From contig QZKO01000053.1 in NCBI GenBank assembly GCA_003599505.1, positions 3,378-67,377 on the forward strand: 64,000 nucleotides of DNA, read 5' to 3'. Source of the stretch: Nitrospiraceae bacterium (GTDB lineage: Bacteria; Nitrospirota; Thermodesulfovibrionia; UBA6902). The notes beneath the pieces were generated by a model. It was not told where the DNA came from, made no database searches, and saw nothing but the letters and a program-made list of their open reading frames with translations. Numbering within the stretch: the first letter of the stretch is position 1; each line of letters starts with the position of its first letter. Below are positions 36,875-46,657 of this stretch, in pieces. The position numbers and the translations under genes were made by a program.

Positions 36875-38343
36875 AATGCGTCCTTATCATACCCGCGTGG
36901 GCCCCTGAAGATATATTTTCTTCCAAGACCGCGGGCTCGCAGATAAACTACTGGCAGCCGCTTGGCACCCTTTACGTCGCCTCCTCATTGATAAAAGCAG
37001 GGCACGAAGTGAAATTCCTTAACGGCGCTTTCATGAAGCATGACGAAATCATGAAAGCGGTTTCATGCTTCAGCCCTGAATTCGTCGGCATTTATTCCAC
37101 GACATTCGGATGGAAGAAGGCGATGTTTACGGCGTCGGAGATAAGAAAGTCAGAAGTCAGAAGTCAGAAGTCAGAAGTAAATGACTACACTTTCATCGCC
37201 GTCGGCGGACCATATCCGATTGCGATGCAGGAGAAATGCCTCGAAGATTCCCCGGATGTAGACGCGGTAATTACTGGAGAGGGAGAAATTACCGTTGTAG
37301 AAATGCTGGATAGATTGTCCCGGGGCAAAAGTTTTGAGGGTGTTGAAGGAGTTGTATTCAGAGAAAACGGGAAGATAACAAAAAACCCTCCGAGGCCTCT
37401 TGTCACCGATGTTGATTCCATCCCCTTTCCCGCGCGTGAGCTGCTGGGGGACGCGCGCAGGTACATCCCTCCTCCCGCGACTTACAGGCGAAAACCGGTA
37501 GCCGTCATCATGACCGCGCGCGGCTGCAACAGGAGGTGTCTCTTCTGTTTTCAGATCGATAAGGAAAGAAAACTCGGCATCCGCTATCGCAGCGTTGAAA
37601 ACGTCATGCAGGAGATAGAGCTCTGTTTAAACCAGGGATACCGGGAGATAAAGTTCATTGACGACACGTTCGCCGCGGACTATGACCGGGCCATAAAGAT
37701 AACGGAAGAGATAAAAAGGCGCAAGCTTGATTTCACGTGGTTTGCCTCAGCGTGTGTCAACCAGGTGGATAAACCCCTGCTTAAGGCTTTCAAAAACGCA
37801 GGATGCTGGGCCCTGCTCCTCGGCGCTGAAAGCGGTGTGCAGAGAAATCTGAATACAATCAGGAAAGGGATAACGCCGGAGCAGACCCGCAGGGCGGTAA
37901 AAGCGGCAAAAGAAGCCGGCATAACAGTCTATACCCCGTTCCTTTTCGGCATACCGGGGCAGACCTTTGAGGACGGACTGAAGACAATCGAATTTGCCTG
38001 TGAGATAAACCCCGACATAGCGAACTTCCACGCCCTTACGCCTTTTCCGGGCACAGAGCTTTATGACAATATCGAAAAATACGGAACAATGTCTGCCGAC
38101 CTGACGGATTTCACCTACCAGGGAGCCGCCTTTGTCCCTTACACAATGACAAGGGAAGAAATCGCGGAACTCAGGCAGCTCGCGTTCAAAAGGTTTTATT
38201 CGAGGCCGTGTTTTATTGTAAAACGGATACTCGGCCTCAGAAGCTTTCATGATCTTAAAGCTGCGGCTAAAGGATTCAGGAGCCTCTTCTGGTTGTGGCT
38301 TAATAATGATGTCTTCCGCCGAAGCGGAAATACCGCGTCCTGA
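36871..38343 (+). CDS. B12-binding radical-SAM protein
   Basis: CNRRCLFC (Cx3Cx2C) with an N-terminal B12-binding-like domain. Confidence 0.65.
   Translation: MKCVLIIPAWAPEDIFSSKTAGSQINYWQPLGTLYVASSLIKAGHEVKFLNGAFMKHDEIMKAVSCFSPEFVGIYSTTFGWKKAMFTASEIRKSEVRSQKSEVNDYTFIAVGGPYPIAMQEKCLEDSPDVDAVITGEGEITVVEMLDRLSRGKSFEGVEGVVFRENGKITKNPPRPLVTDVDSIPFPARELLGDARRYIPPPATYRRKPVAVIMTARGCNRRCLFCFQIDKERKLGIRYRSVENVMQEIELCLNQGYREIKFIDDTFAADYDRAIKITEEIKRRKLDFTWFASACVNQVDKPLLKAFKNAGCWALLLGAESGVQRNLNTIRKGITPEQTRRAVKAAKEAGITVYTPFLFGIPGQTFEDGLKTIEFACEINPDIANFHALTPFPGTELYDNIEKYGTMSADLTDFTYQGAAFVPYTMTREEIAELRQLAFKRFYSRPCFIVKRILGLRSFHDLKAAAKGFRSLFWLWLNNDVFRRSGNTAS
37149..37176. repeat. Heptad array AGTCAGA x4 inside the rSAM gene
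   Basis: Perfect 7-bp tandem. It encodes SEVRSQKSEV. Confidence 0.8.
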
Positions 38344-38363
38344 AAAAAACTGAAATATCGTCC

Positions 38364-39575
38364 ATGAAAACCCCTGAACTCCTCGCCCCCGCCGGCAACT
38401 TCGAAAAGTTGAAAACAGCTCTCCATTACGGAGCCGACGCGGTGTACATGGGGCTTTCCGGATTCAGCCTCAGGGCAAAGGCCGATAATTTCAGTGTCAG
38501 TGAACTGAAAGAAGCCGCGCATTTTGTTCGTTCACATAATAAAAAGTTCTACATCACCATAAATGTCTTTCCTCACAATAAAGACATTACTTCTATCAGT
38601 GAACATCTCCTGTGCCTCAAGGAAATCAGGCCTGACGCGCTCATCGTTTCCGATCCGGGCGTATTTGCCATGGCGTCGGAAACCGTCCCTGAAATCCCCA
38701 TCCATGTAAGCACGCAGGCGAACATTACGAATTACAGGGCGGCAAGGTTCTGGGAGAAGATGGGCGCTAAACGGCTTGTGCTTTCACGGGAGCTTATGAT
38801 TGAAGAGATCAAAGAGATTCGCGACCGCGTTTCTCTCGAACTGGAATGCTTTGTTCACGGCGCGATCTGCATATCTTATTCCGGAAGATGCTACATCAGC
38901 AGCTTTCTGGCCAACAGGTCCGGCAACAGGGGTGAGTGCACGAATTCATGCAGGTGGAATTATGCATTAATGGAGGAAACGCGGGAAGGACAGTATTTCC
39001 CCGTGTATGAAAATGACAGGGGCGCCTATGTCTTAAGCTCAAAAGACCTCTGCATGATTGAGCATCTCGATAAACTCGTGGACGCGGGAGTGGACAGCTT
39101 CAAGATCGAAGGCAGGATGAAAGGCATCAATTATTTGGCCGGCGTTGTCAAGACGTACAGGGAAGCAGTGGACAGCCTGAAGGGCAGCCCGTTCAGTGTG
39201 AAAGAGAGATGGCTGCATGAATTGTCAATGTTTTCCAGCAGGGGATATACCAGGGGGATGTTTTTCGGAAAGCAGTCAGACAGCGGGTACAATCATGACG
39301 ATGAAGAGATATATAGAATGAGTCATGATCTGGTCGGCGTTGTTCAATCCGTCAGAAACGGCAAGGCGGTCGTCGCATTGAGGAGCAGTTTGAAAACCGG
39401 CGACCACATAGAATTTCTTTCACCCGGACTGGAACATCAGGCCGTTGAAGTTTCAGAAATATTTGATATGGAAGAAGACCCCGTCGAGTCTGGAAGAAAT
39501 GATGAGTCCATATTGCTGCCTGTTCCATCAGGGGTCAGGGAAAATGATCTCGTTCGCCGGGTGCGACAGGTTTAA
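38364..39575 (+). CDS. Peptidase U32-family protein
   Basis: LLAPAGNFEKLKTALHYGADAVY. Confidence 0.75.
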   Translation: MKTPELLAPAGNFEKLKTALHYGADAVYMGLSGFSLRAKADNFSVSELKEAAHFVRSHNKKFYITINVFPHNKDITSISEHLLCLKEIRPDALIVSDPGVFAMASETVPEIPIHVSTQANITNYRAARFWEKMGAKRLVLSRELMIEEIKEIRDRVSLELECFVHGAICISYSGRCYISSFLANRSGNRGECTNSCRWNYALMEETREGQYFPVYENDRGAYVLSSKDLCMIEHLDKLVDAGVDSFKIEGRMKGINYLAGVVKTYREAVDSLKGSPFSVKERWLHELSMFSSRGYTRGMFFGKQSDSGYNHDDEEIYRMSHDLVGVVQSVRNGKAVVALRSSLKTGDHIEFLSPGLEHQAVEVSEIFDMEEDPVESGRNDESILLPVPSGVRENDLVRRVRQV

Positions 39576-39739
39576 AACTTAAACCTTTTAAAATTACCTC
39601 CCGGTCAACACCTGGTACCACATTCTGCAGCCTGTTATCGCGATTATCACCGCAATGGCAAGGCGCAGGTATTTTGTATTGACCTTTTTGCTTGCCTTTC
39701 CTCCAATTTGAGCGCCGGGTACTGTGCCGAATGGGCTTC

Positions 39740-40951
39740 TCAGGATTTTCCTTTAAGAATTCTGTTCCAGTAGAACCACGGCATCAGGTACCTTATCAAT
39801 AACCACATACTGTAGCGCTCCTTGGTCGGGTCCAGCGGGAAAGTAGGGAGAAATTTGTTGTCGTGGTCAAATTCTGCAAGTACAATTTTGCCGTATCCTG
39901 TAATGAGCGGGCAGGATGTATAGCCGTTATATTTGTCAGGCAGTTCAGTCAGAGACTTGCGTTCGATGGCAGCGAGAAGATTTTTCACGACAACCGGGGC
40001 CTGTTTATGTACGGCCGCTCCTGTCTTTGTATCACCTGCGTTTGAGACGTCCCCCAGGCTGAAAACATTCTTGTACCGGTTGTGCTGAAGGGTGTCTCTG
40101 TTTATGTCAACCCATCCGAACGGGTCATCTTTAACTGCGAGGGGACTGTTTTTGATAAAGTCAGGCGCCGAAGCCAGAGGGGAGACGTGAAGCATGTCGT
40201 ATTGAGCAGTGACCTGCTCTTTGCCGTCGCCTTTTATAACTTCAAACACCGCTTCTCTGGTTTTACTTCTGACCTCGATTAACGTGGCCTGATAGGTCAC
40301 TCTTATTCCATACCGCTTGACTACTTTCAGCAGGACCTCATTAATTTCCTTGACCCTGAGCAGCCCCGGTTTCCCTGTAAAAAAGGAGATATCGGATTTT
40401 TCCAATATGCCCCTTTTTCTGAAATTGTCCGCTGCAAGATACATTATTTTCTGAGGAGCTCCGCCGCATTTATTGAAACCGGCAGGCTGTGTGAATACCA
40501 CCTTGCCGCCTGTAAAATTCTTAATGCATTCATAAGTGTAGGGAGCAATATCAAAGCGATAGATCGAGCAGACCCCGTTTTTCCCCAATGCCTCGGATAA
40601 ACCTTTTACAGCGTTCCAGTTCAACTGCGCGCCGCAACAGACAATAAGAAAATTGTAAGTAATCTGTTCGCCTGATTTGGTTATGATCAGATTTTTTTCA
40701 GGCTCGAATTTGTCGGCGCCGTCTTTTATCCATTTGACTTGCGGAGGAATATAATCGGCCTCGTTACGCACTGTATCATTTATGTTGAAAACACCGCCGC
40801 CCACGAGCGTCCAGCCCGGCTGGTAGTAATGTTTGTCGGAAGGTTCTACTATAGCAATATCAAGTTTTGAATTGCGGCGCAGAAGCTGGGCAGCAACGGA
40901 AATACCGGCATTCCCCCCCCCGATGATAAGAATTTGATGATGTTCGTTCAT
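39740..40951 (-). CDS. sqr: Sulfide:quinone oxidoreductase / FCSD-like flavoprotein
   Basis: ILIIGGGNAG with a pyridine-nucleotide disulfide oxidoreductase fold. Confidence 0.6.
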   Translation of the reverse strand: MNEHHQILIIGGGNAGISVAAQLLRRNSKLDIAIVEPSDKHYYQPGWTLVGGGVFNINDTVRNEADYIPPQVKWIKDGADKFEPEKNLIITKSGEQITYNFLIVCCGAQLNWNAVKGLSEALGKNGVCSIYRFDIAPYTYECIKNFTGGKVVFTQPAGFNKCGGAPQKIMYLAADNFRKRGILEKSDISFFTGKPGLLRVKEINEVLLKVVKRYGIRVTYQATLIEVRSKTREAVFEVIKGDGKEQVTAQYDMLHVSPLASAPDFIKNSPLAVKDDPFGWVDINRDTLQHNRYKNVFSLGDVSNAGDTKTGAAVHKQAPVVVKNLLAAIERKSLTELPDKYNGYTSCPLITGYGKIVLAEFDHDNKFLPTFPLDPTKERYSMWLLIRYLMPWFYWNRILKGKS

Positions 40952-41178
40952 TTTACAAAATAATCAATGAGGCTTGCATGCCTTAATGCGGAAAGATGCT
41001 GTGAGACATTGGATTGACTGAGGTCGAGAAATTCTTGGCAACCCTTGCCGGATGCGCAATGTGTTTAAAGATTTCTGTTCTTGAACCCAAACTATCATTC
41101 ATATATGCGGATGTTAGCATATATATTGATAGATTAAGTGTCAAGATATATTTCTGGTTCTGTTATGTAACCCTTTAG

Positions 41179-42471
41179 TTAAAACTCGTACCTCATCTGG
41201 ATGTAGATATTATCATTCTTGTCCAATTGCCCGAACTGGTCCCATTCCTCTCCGCCGCCGAAAATATCGGCCCCGGCTGCCGCCCATATATTATCGGTAA
41301 AATTGTATTTAACCTCAGGGTTCAACATGTAGTCGCGAGCTGCCGGGCTGAAAAAGGAAAAGAACGAGAGCCTTAGGGTTTGATGGATCAGGAATTGAGT
41401 CAGCCTTACCGTGACAAGGTCATGTATCTTTTTTTCCAGCGGGAACCCTGACGGAAGATTTGCTTTATAAGCGGAGTAATCATGCATGTATTCGAGATAG
41501 TACTGAAGCCCCAGCGTAAAGTCTTCCCACAACTGTCTCTGATAACCCGTCAGGAACCTTGTTTGCGGATTCGGGGACATCGGGTCTGTTCCGTCCCTGT
41601 CTTCCCTCGAATCATAGTATCCCGCCTCAAGACTGAAAACACCCTCCAGGGCCCTTCCCTGAAGGCTTGCTCCGTAAACGGAAAGTTTGGGGAAAAACAG
41701 GTCAATCCGCGTTGGCGCGGTCAGGCTGTCAGGAAGCATGGAAGGCTGCCTGAAGAACCCGCGGTAAAAATAAAGCGACGCATCAAAACCCGCTACATCA
41801 CGATATAGCCTCAGGGCGACTTCGGTGTTATTAAAAGTGCTTGAAGGCTTTTTCTCTTCCCTGTCCGTGATCAGAGGCATCGGATCAAACAGGTGAAATC
41901 TGTCAGGATCAGGGAAATTGTTCTCTTCAAAGAATGGGATGATAATCAATTCAGCAGAGGCAAAAGACGGATACATGCCGAGCTTGATGCCGTCTATGCC
42001 TTTTTTAAGGTATTCCAAAGGCCTTCCTGAAAAGAACGCCTCGAAGTCCTTGGGGAAGACATCGTTTATGAAGATCAGATCTCCAAGCCCCCATGTAATT
42101 ATCTGTCTGCCGATCCTTACGTCATAGCTTGAAGATGTGAGGTCGGCGTATCCTTCCCTTAATTCCAGTTTGGATGCGTCGTCAATATGGTCATAAAAGA
42201 CATCGGTTTTCATGAAGAAGCGCAGTGGTTCTACGTCTGTTTCGATCTTTAACTGGGCCCTCTCCCCGGCCCATTTGAAGTCGCTGCCGTCGGGGTTTGA
42301 TGTATCGGTATTGACAGAGTAATTACCCTGAACAAAACCATGTAAAGAGACATCGGATGCAATGGCAGAAGACAGAAGACAAAGCACAGAACACAGAATA
42401 CAGACAACAGATAAAAAAGACTTGCTCTTGATTATTAATCGTTGATTGTTAGTTTTCAGCGTCTGCTTCAT
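41179..42471 (-). CDS. Outer-membrane beta-barrel protein (DUF1302-like)
   Basis: Signal peptide and a C-terminal aromatic Phe. Clustered with LolA-like and MMPL genes. Confidence 0.5.
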   Translation of the reverse strand: MKQTLKTNNQRLIIKSKSFLSVVCILCSVLCLLSSAIASDVSLHGFVQGNYSVNTDTSNPDGSDFKWAGERAQLKIETDVEPLRFFMKTDVFYDHIDDASKLELREGYADLTSSSYDVRIGRQIITWGLGDLIFINDVFPKDFEAFFSGRPLEYLKKGIDGIKLGMYPSFASAELIIIPFFEENNFPDPDRFHLFDPMPLITDREEKKPSSTFNNTEVALRLYRDVAGFDASLYFYRGFFRQPSMLPDSLTAPTRIDLFFPKLSVYGASLQGRALEGVFSLEAGYYDSREDRDGTDPMSPNPQTRFLTGYQRQLWEDFTLGLQYYLEYMHDYSAYKANLPSGFPLEKKIHDLVTVRLTQFLIHQTLRLSFFSFFSPAARDYMLNPEVKYNFTDNIWAAAGADIFGGGEEWDQFGQLDKNDNIYIQMRYEF

Positions 42472-42484
42472 AATCCAAACTCTT

Positions 42485-42511
42485 TAGGGGCGAGGCATTG
42501 CCTCGCCCCTA
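42485..42511. repeat. REP-like hairpin TAGGGGCGAGGCATTGCCTCGCCCCTA
   Basis: Perfect 11-bp stem. The same TAGGGGCG/CGCCCCTA ends recur at 63720 and 63911. Confidence 0.6.
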
Positions 42512-42540
42512 CAACTCATAACTCCTGACTCTTTTAACTC
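42511..42540. repeat. Heptad array ACAACTC ATAACTC CTGACTC ..AACTC
   Basis: AACTC-core 7-mers adjacent to the hairpin. Confidence 0.55.
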
Positions 42541-42545
42541 TTTTT

Positions 42546-43334
42546 TCATTCTATCCACTTCTTCGGCGGTTGTTTGAGAAAGCGTTCACTGAAGAGGCTG
42601 TCCTCTATACCGATGCTGTAATCCGCCTTTGTGTACGTGACCTCTGTCCTGTGACCGCTCAGGAGGTTTTTCATGGTCCTCTTTGTAATTGTGGGGAAAC
42701 CTTTTACGTCTTTTATTTCATCAGCGCTGAAGACCCTGTAGAGTTCGCCCTTTTTGTCATAGTACTCTTCTTTTAAAGGCAGAAAACTGCCTTTGTCAAT
42801 CCATGAAAGCTTGTAACTATAGTCAACATCCTGAGCTTTTGGAGCGCTTTTTATTACATAGCAGTCTTTTGCGTCAAGTTTTTCTTCCTTCGTAATAGTA
42901 TGGTTATCATCTTCTATGTCTCTTCCCGAAACATCTTCGTATGTAAAATCAGAGCCGACAAAGCTTGAGCTTTTGTCCTGCGCCGCGATCCTTCTCACCA
43001 TGTTGATTGCGGGAACAAAAAGCCATCTGTCGTCATCTTTCGCAGGGAATTTGTACACCATAAACGTCATGTCTTTCACGTCGGCAGGCTGATAGAAGTA
43101 CATGAAATACTTCTGAGCGCCGCCCGATTCACCGTAGTTCTTTCTAAGCATCGTCAGTTCTCTTATCCTCTCCTGTCCGCCTTTGCTTATCAGCTTCATC
43201 ATGACCCTTGCCTTAAAGTCTTTGCCCTGATAAAGAAACGCCTCTTGTGATTTCTTCATTACCTCTTCAGGGGCAAGCGCTGACGCGCCGGCAGGCAAAA
43301 GCATTATGAGTAATATAATCAAATATCGTTTCAT
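42546..43334 (-). CDS. LolA-like outer-membrane lipoprotein-sorting protein (DUF1329-like)
   Basis: Signal peptide. This family typically neighbours MMPL exporters. Confidence 0.5.
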   Translation of the reverse strand: MKRYLIILLIMLLPAGASALAPEEVMKKSQEAFLYQGKDFKARVMMKLISKGGQERIRELTMLRKNYGESGGAQKYFMYFYQPADVKDMTFMVYKFPAKDDDRWLFVPAINMVRRIAAQDKSSSFVGSDFTYEDVSGRDIEDDNHTITKEEKLDAKDCYVIKSAPKAQDVDYSYKLSWIDKGSFLPLKEEYYDKKGELYRVFSADEIKDVKGFPTITKRTMKNLLSGHRTEVTYTKADYSIGIEDSLFSERFLKQPPKKWIE

Positions 43335-43354
43335 TTCCGACCTCCTGTTAAAAT

Positions 43355-45733
43355 TTATTTTCGCCCCTCACACTTATCACAAAACAACCAACCCTGAAAT
43401 AACGTTATAAGCGCCGGGATATATATTATCGTCATGATTGCGCTTAACAGCATCATGCTGACGATGAAAGCTCCCACAGTGATATATGGTGTTAAGGGCG
43501 CGAACATCATCACGGAAAAAGATGCCGCAAACAGCACAGCGTTGCGCATTATTCCCTTGCCCGGTCTCGCGGCAGTCCATAATAAAGACTGAGTTATGAG
43601 TTCAGAGTTTGGAGTCTGGAGTTCTTTGTCTTCTGAACTCTTAACTCTTAACTCTAAACTCTCAACTATTTTTTGTCTGAACCTGCCTATAAAATGTATC
43701 GCAAAGTCCACTGCCATGCCGAGGCTGAGACATGAAAGGACGGATATCGGCATGTCAAAATCTTTCCCCATATATCCGACAACTCCGTAAATCAGCAGGA
43801 TAGTGAAAAGGAGAGGGGCATATCCGACAAGGGCCCATTTTATGGACCGGAAGTTGACTGCAAGGATGATAAACACAGTGATTAACGCAATGATAAATCC
43901 TCTCAGCATGTCATAAAGGACCTCATCATTCCACACAAGATTGAAATAGGCAATGCCTGCCGGTTTAAATTCCATCTCCATTTGCAGGGGCAATTCATGA
44001 ATTGCCCCTGCTTTATATTCCTCTACCGCCTTTATCACATCACGCATGGCCTGGGCGTCCCACGTTTTCAGTTGGACCCAGATATTCGCCTTTCTGAACG
44101 GATAGTCGACGACGTTGTCCAGGTCAGACGGTTTCGCGGACATACTGAACAAGAAGAGATACTGTCCTATTGTCTCTTTTGTTTCAGGGACCGTATCATA
44201 TTCCGGATCATCATCGTGAAGGACTTTGTTTATCCTCTTTACGTAATCCACAACCGAACTCGTTTTCCCGACGACTGAAAGCTTTTCAAGATGTCTTTGA
44301 AGTCCTTCAATATACCGCATAGCCTCAGGCGTCTTTATATAATCATCTTCTTTCGACTGCGCCACTATGTAGCCGAGCGATGTGCCGCCGAGGGCCTGAT
44401 TTATGACATTGTCGGCAATACGCACTTCACTGTCTTTCTTGAACCACTCCACCAGGTTGTTATTGACTACTATCTTTGTCAGTCCGAAGACTGCTATCGA
44501 AAAAAGCACAAGGCCGACAAAAACCGTGCTCTTTGGTTTATGCGCGCCGAAACCGGCCAGGCTTTTCAGGAATTGCGACGTCCTGCTGAATTCAATATCC
44601 TCACTCTTTGACGCCTTCTCAATATGTTCCTCTTTCACAAAAGTAAACATTGCGGGTATGAAACTGAAGCTTAAGACCCTCAACATCACAGTGCCGAAGG
44701 CCACGAGCCCGCCGAAAACCTTGACAGGAATGATATTCATAAACAGAAGCACGCCGAACCCCACTGCTGTCGCAAGAGCGGTATATCGCACGGGACGGCT
44801 CACAGCGTTCATCGTTTCAATTATTGCCGTTTTTTTATCCTTAGTCTCTCTATAGCGAAAGTAGAATTCATTGAAGATATGAATGCTGTCGGTCGCTATA
44901 GCCATCAAAAAGACCGGGGCCATGGAGCTCATAATGTGAACAGGGAATCCGAGCGCTATCAAAAGCCCCATGCTCCAGACGATGCTGACCATTGCGTCCA
45001 TCATGAGCGTGACAGAAAGGAAAAGGTCCCTGAACATGAGGTATCTGATAAGGAGCATCACCATTCCCGCTATCGGGGCAAAGACCGCCATGAGCTTAAA
45101 CATTTCAGCGCCGAAGGTATCTCTTGCAACAGGGTCTCCTGCTATATAATATTTTTCATCGCCTTTCTCTTTGCCGGCAATCTCTCTTATTTTGTCCGCT
45201 ACTTCTTTGCCGTTTGCGCCTTTTTCAAGAGGGACATAGATGGCGGTGTTTTTTCCGTCTTTTGAGATGATGCGATCAATAAAAAGCGGATTTTCAAAGA
45301 GCATCTTCCGGAGCTTCCGCATCTCCGCGTCATCTTCCGGAACTTCGGTCATAAGCGGCGCTACCTTTAAGGTCCCTGCCTCAGCCGATACATTGGTAAT
45401 GGTAGGAAAGCTGTTGACGTCCCTTGCGGCAACGCCCTTTATCTTCAGGATTTCATCGGTGATATGGATTATCTTTGAGAGTGTCCCTTTGTTGAGTATT
45501 CCCTTTTCGTTTACTATCCCGACTACTATCATGTCTTCATAGAGGCCGAATGTCTTTTCCACTTCATCATTCCATACCCTGACATCCGAAGTCTCCGGGA
45601 GCATGCTCTTCGGGTTTGTGTCAGTCCTGATCTTCGGGAACTGGGTCGCAAACGCAAGGGTAATGAGAATTGTTAAAAGCACCACTAATTTAGGGTGGTT
45701 TACAGAGAAATTGACAAGAAAAGACTTTTTCAT
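43355..45733 (-). CDS. RND-superfamily MMPL exporter (HpnN-like), 792 aa
   Basis: Twelve TM helices with two large periplasmic loops. Confidence 0.7.
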   Translation of the reverse strand: MKKSFLVNFSVNHPKLVVLLTILITLAFATQFPKIRTDTNPKSMLPETSDVRVWNDEVEKTFGLYEDMIVVGIVNEKGILNKGTLSKIIHITDEILKIKGVAARDVNSFPTITNVSAEAGTLKVAPLMTEVPEDDAEMRKLRKMLFENPLFIDRIISKDGKNTAIYVPLEKGANGKEVADKIREIAGKEKGDEKYYIAGDPVARDTFGAEMFKLMAVFAPIAGMVMLLIRYLMFRDLFLSVTLMMDAMVSIVWSMGLLIALGFPVHIMSSMAPVFLMAIATDSIHIFNEFYFRYRETKDKKTAIIETMNAVSRPVRYTALATAVGFGVLLFMNIIPVKVFGGLVAFGTVMLRVLSFSFIPAMFTFVKEEHIEKASKSEDIEFSRTSQFLKSLAGFGAHKPKSTVFVGLVLFSIAVFGLTKIVVNNNLVEWFKKDSEVRIADNVINQALGGTSLGYIVAQSKEDDYIKTPEAMRYIEGLQRHLEKLSVVGKTSSVVDYVKRINKVLHDDDPEYDTVPETKETIGQYLFLFSMSAKPSDLDNVVDYPFRKANIWVQLKTWDAQAMRDVIKAVEEYKAGAIHELPLQMEMEFKPAGIAYFNLVWNDEVLYDMLRGFIIALITVFIILAVNFRSIKWALVGYAPLLFTILLIYGVVGYMGKDFDMPISVLSCLSLGMAVDFAIHFIGRFRQKIVESLELRVKSSEDKELQTPNSELITQSLLWTAARPGKGIMRNAVLFAASFSVMMFAPLTPYITVGAFIVSMMLLSAIMTIIYIPALITLFQGWLFCDKCEGRK
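43591..43667. repeat. 77-bp heptad-built hairpin (GAGTTnn x5 / nnAACTC x5) inside the MMPL coding sequence
   Basis: The imperfect inverted arms encode LELRVKSSEDKELQTPNSELI in frame. Confidence 0.75.
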
Positions 45734-45777
45734 TTAATTTTCCTCCGAATAATGATAAAGAATGCCTTGCAAGGAGG

Positions 45778-45810
45778 TTGCAGTATTTTAGAATATTCTA
45801 ATATTTGCAA
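45778..45810. promoter_or_regulatory. Imperfect palindrome TTGCAGTATTTTAGAATATTCTAATATTTGCAA, candidate ArsR-type operator
   Basis: It lies between the arsR stop and the MMPL start, centred on TAGAATATTCTA. Confidence 0.4.
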
Positions 45811-45826
45811 TATCCACTTAAAAAAA

Positions 45827-46159
45827 TTACTTCATGGCAAATTTTCTCGCCATCTTCTGTCCTTCTTCAAGCCTTTCCAGCAGAACCTCTCTCATAAGGC
45901 TGCATGCCATGATGACCTTGGGGTTGGCGACTTTATAATAAACATTGTTACCTTCTCTTCTCGATGAAAGTATCCCCTTCTGTTTCATGACAGCAAGATG
46001 CTGGGAGACATTTGCAGGTGATATTCCCAGAATATTTACAAGCTCTCCAACAGCCAATTCCTTATCTCCAAGGGCATTCAGAATTTCTATTCTCTTGGCA
46101 TTACCAAGCGTCTTGCATATGTCGGCGTGGATTTCATGAATTTTCTTGCTCATTATCAT
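45827..46159 (-). CDS. ArsR/SmtB-family transcriptional regulator
   Basis: Winged HTH ELAVGELVNILGISPANVSQHLAVMKQKGIL. Confidence 0.8.
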   Translation of the reverse strand: MIMSKKIHEIHADICKTLGNAKRIEILNALGDKELAVGELVNILGISPANVSQHLAVMKQKGILSSRREGNNVYYKVANPKVIMACSLMREVLLERLEEGQKMARKFAMK

Positions 46160-46218
46160 GACATATCTTATTAAATTATCAATAAAACCTCAACTGATCT
46201 GCTCCTCATTTTACTTTT

Positions 46219-46641
46219 TCAAAATGTCAGGTTCATATCCGCCATTATAACAACCTCTTTGTAGTATGTGGCAGGGTTTGCAAGCTTAACCCCTTCAATA
46301 AAATTTGTCTCACTCATCCCAAACAGCGGGACATTCAATGGACAAGCTAAAAGTTTTGCTCCCTCCATGTGCAGCATAACGAACAGGTCTTCAACATTCG
46401 GCAGTTCCATTTCTTCCATTCTTCTCATTACAGCTTCGCCAAATTCTTTGGGCTGATCAGGCAGGCATTGAAGGGTCTTTACCTTCTCCTTGTGAAGTGC
46501 ATTCACGCCGCGTGAGCCAAAGAATATCGTGACCTTTGAACCCTCTCTTAAAAGGCTTAATGCAGTCATGAGGGCATTATAGACCTGACAAAGCTCATCA
46601 TGGAAACACATTATAGAGACATTCTTTACTATTTTTTCCAT
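46219..46641 (-). CDS. DsrE/DsrF-like family protein
   Basis: KVTIFFGSRGVNAL... (PF02635-like). Confidence 0.5.
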   Translation of the reverse strand: MEKIVKNVSIMCFHDELCQVYNALMTALSLLREGSKVTIFFGSRGVNALHKEKVKTLQCLPDQPKEFGEAVMRRMEEMELPNVEDLFVMLHMEGAKLLACPLNVPLFGMSETNFIEGVKLANPATYYKEVVIMADMNLTF

Positions 46642-46657
46642 CTTGCACCTCCTGATT

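Noticed and set aside
42485-42511. Possibility that the GGGGCG hairpins are rho-independent terminators
   Set aside because: None is followed by a U-tract on either strand, so they are reported as REP-like repeats instead.
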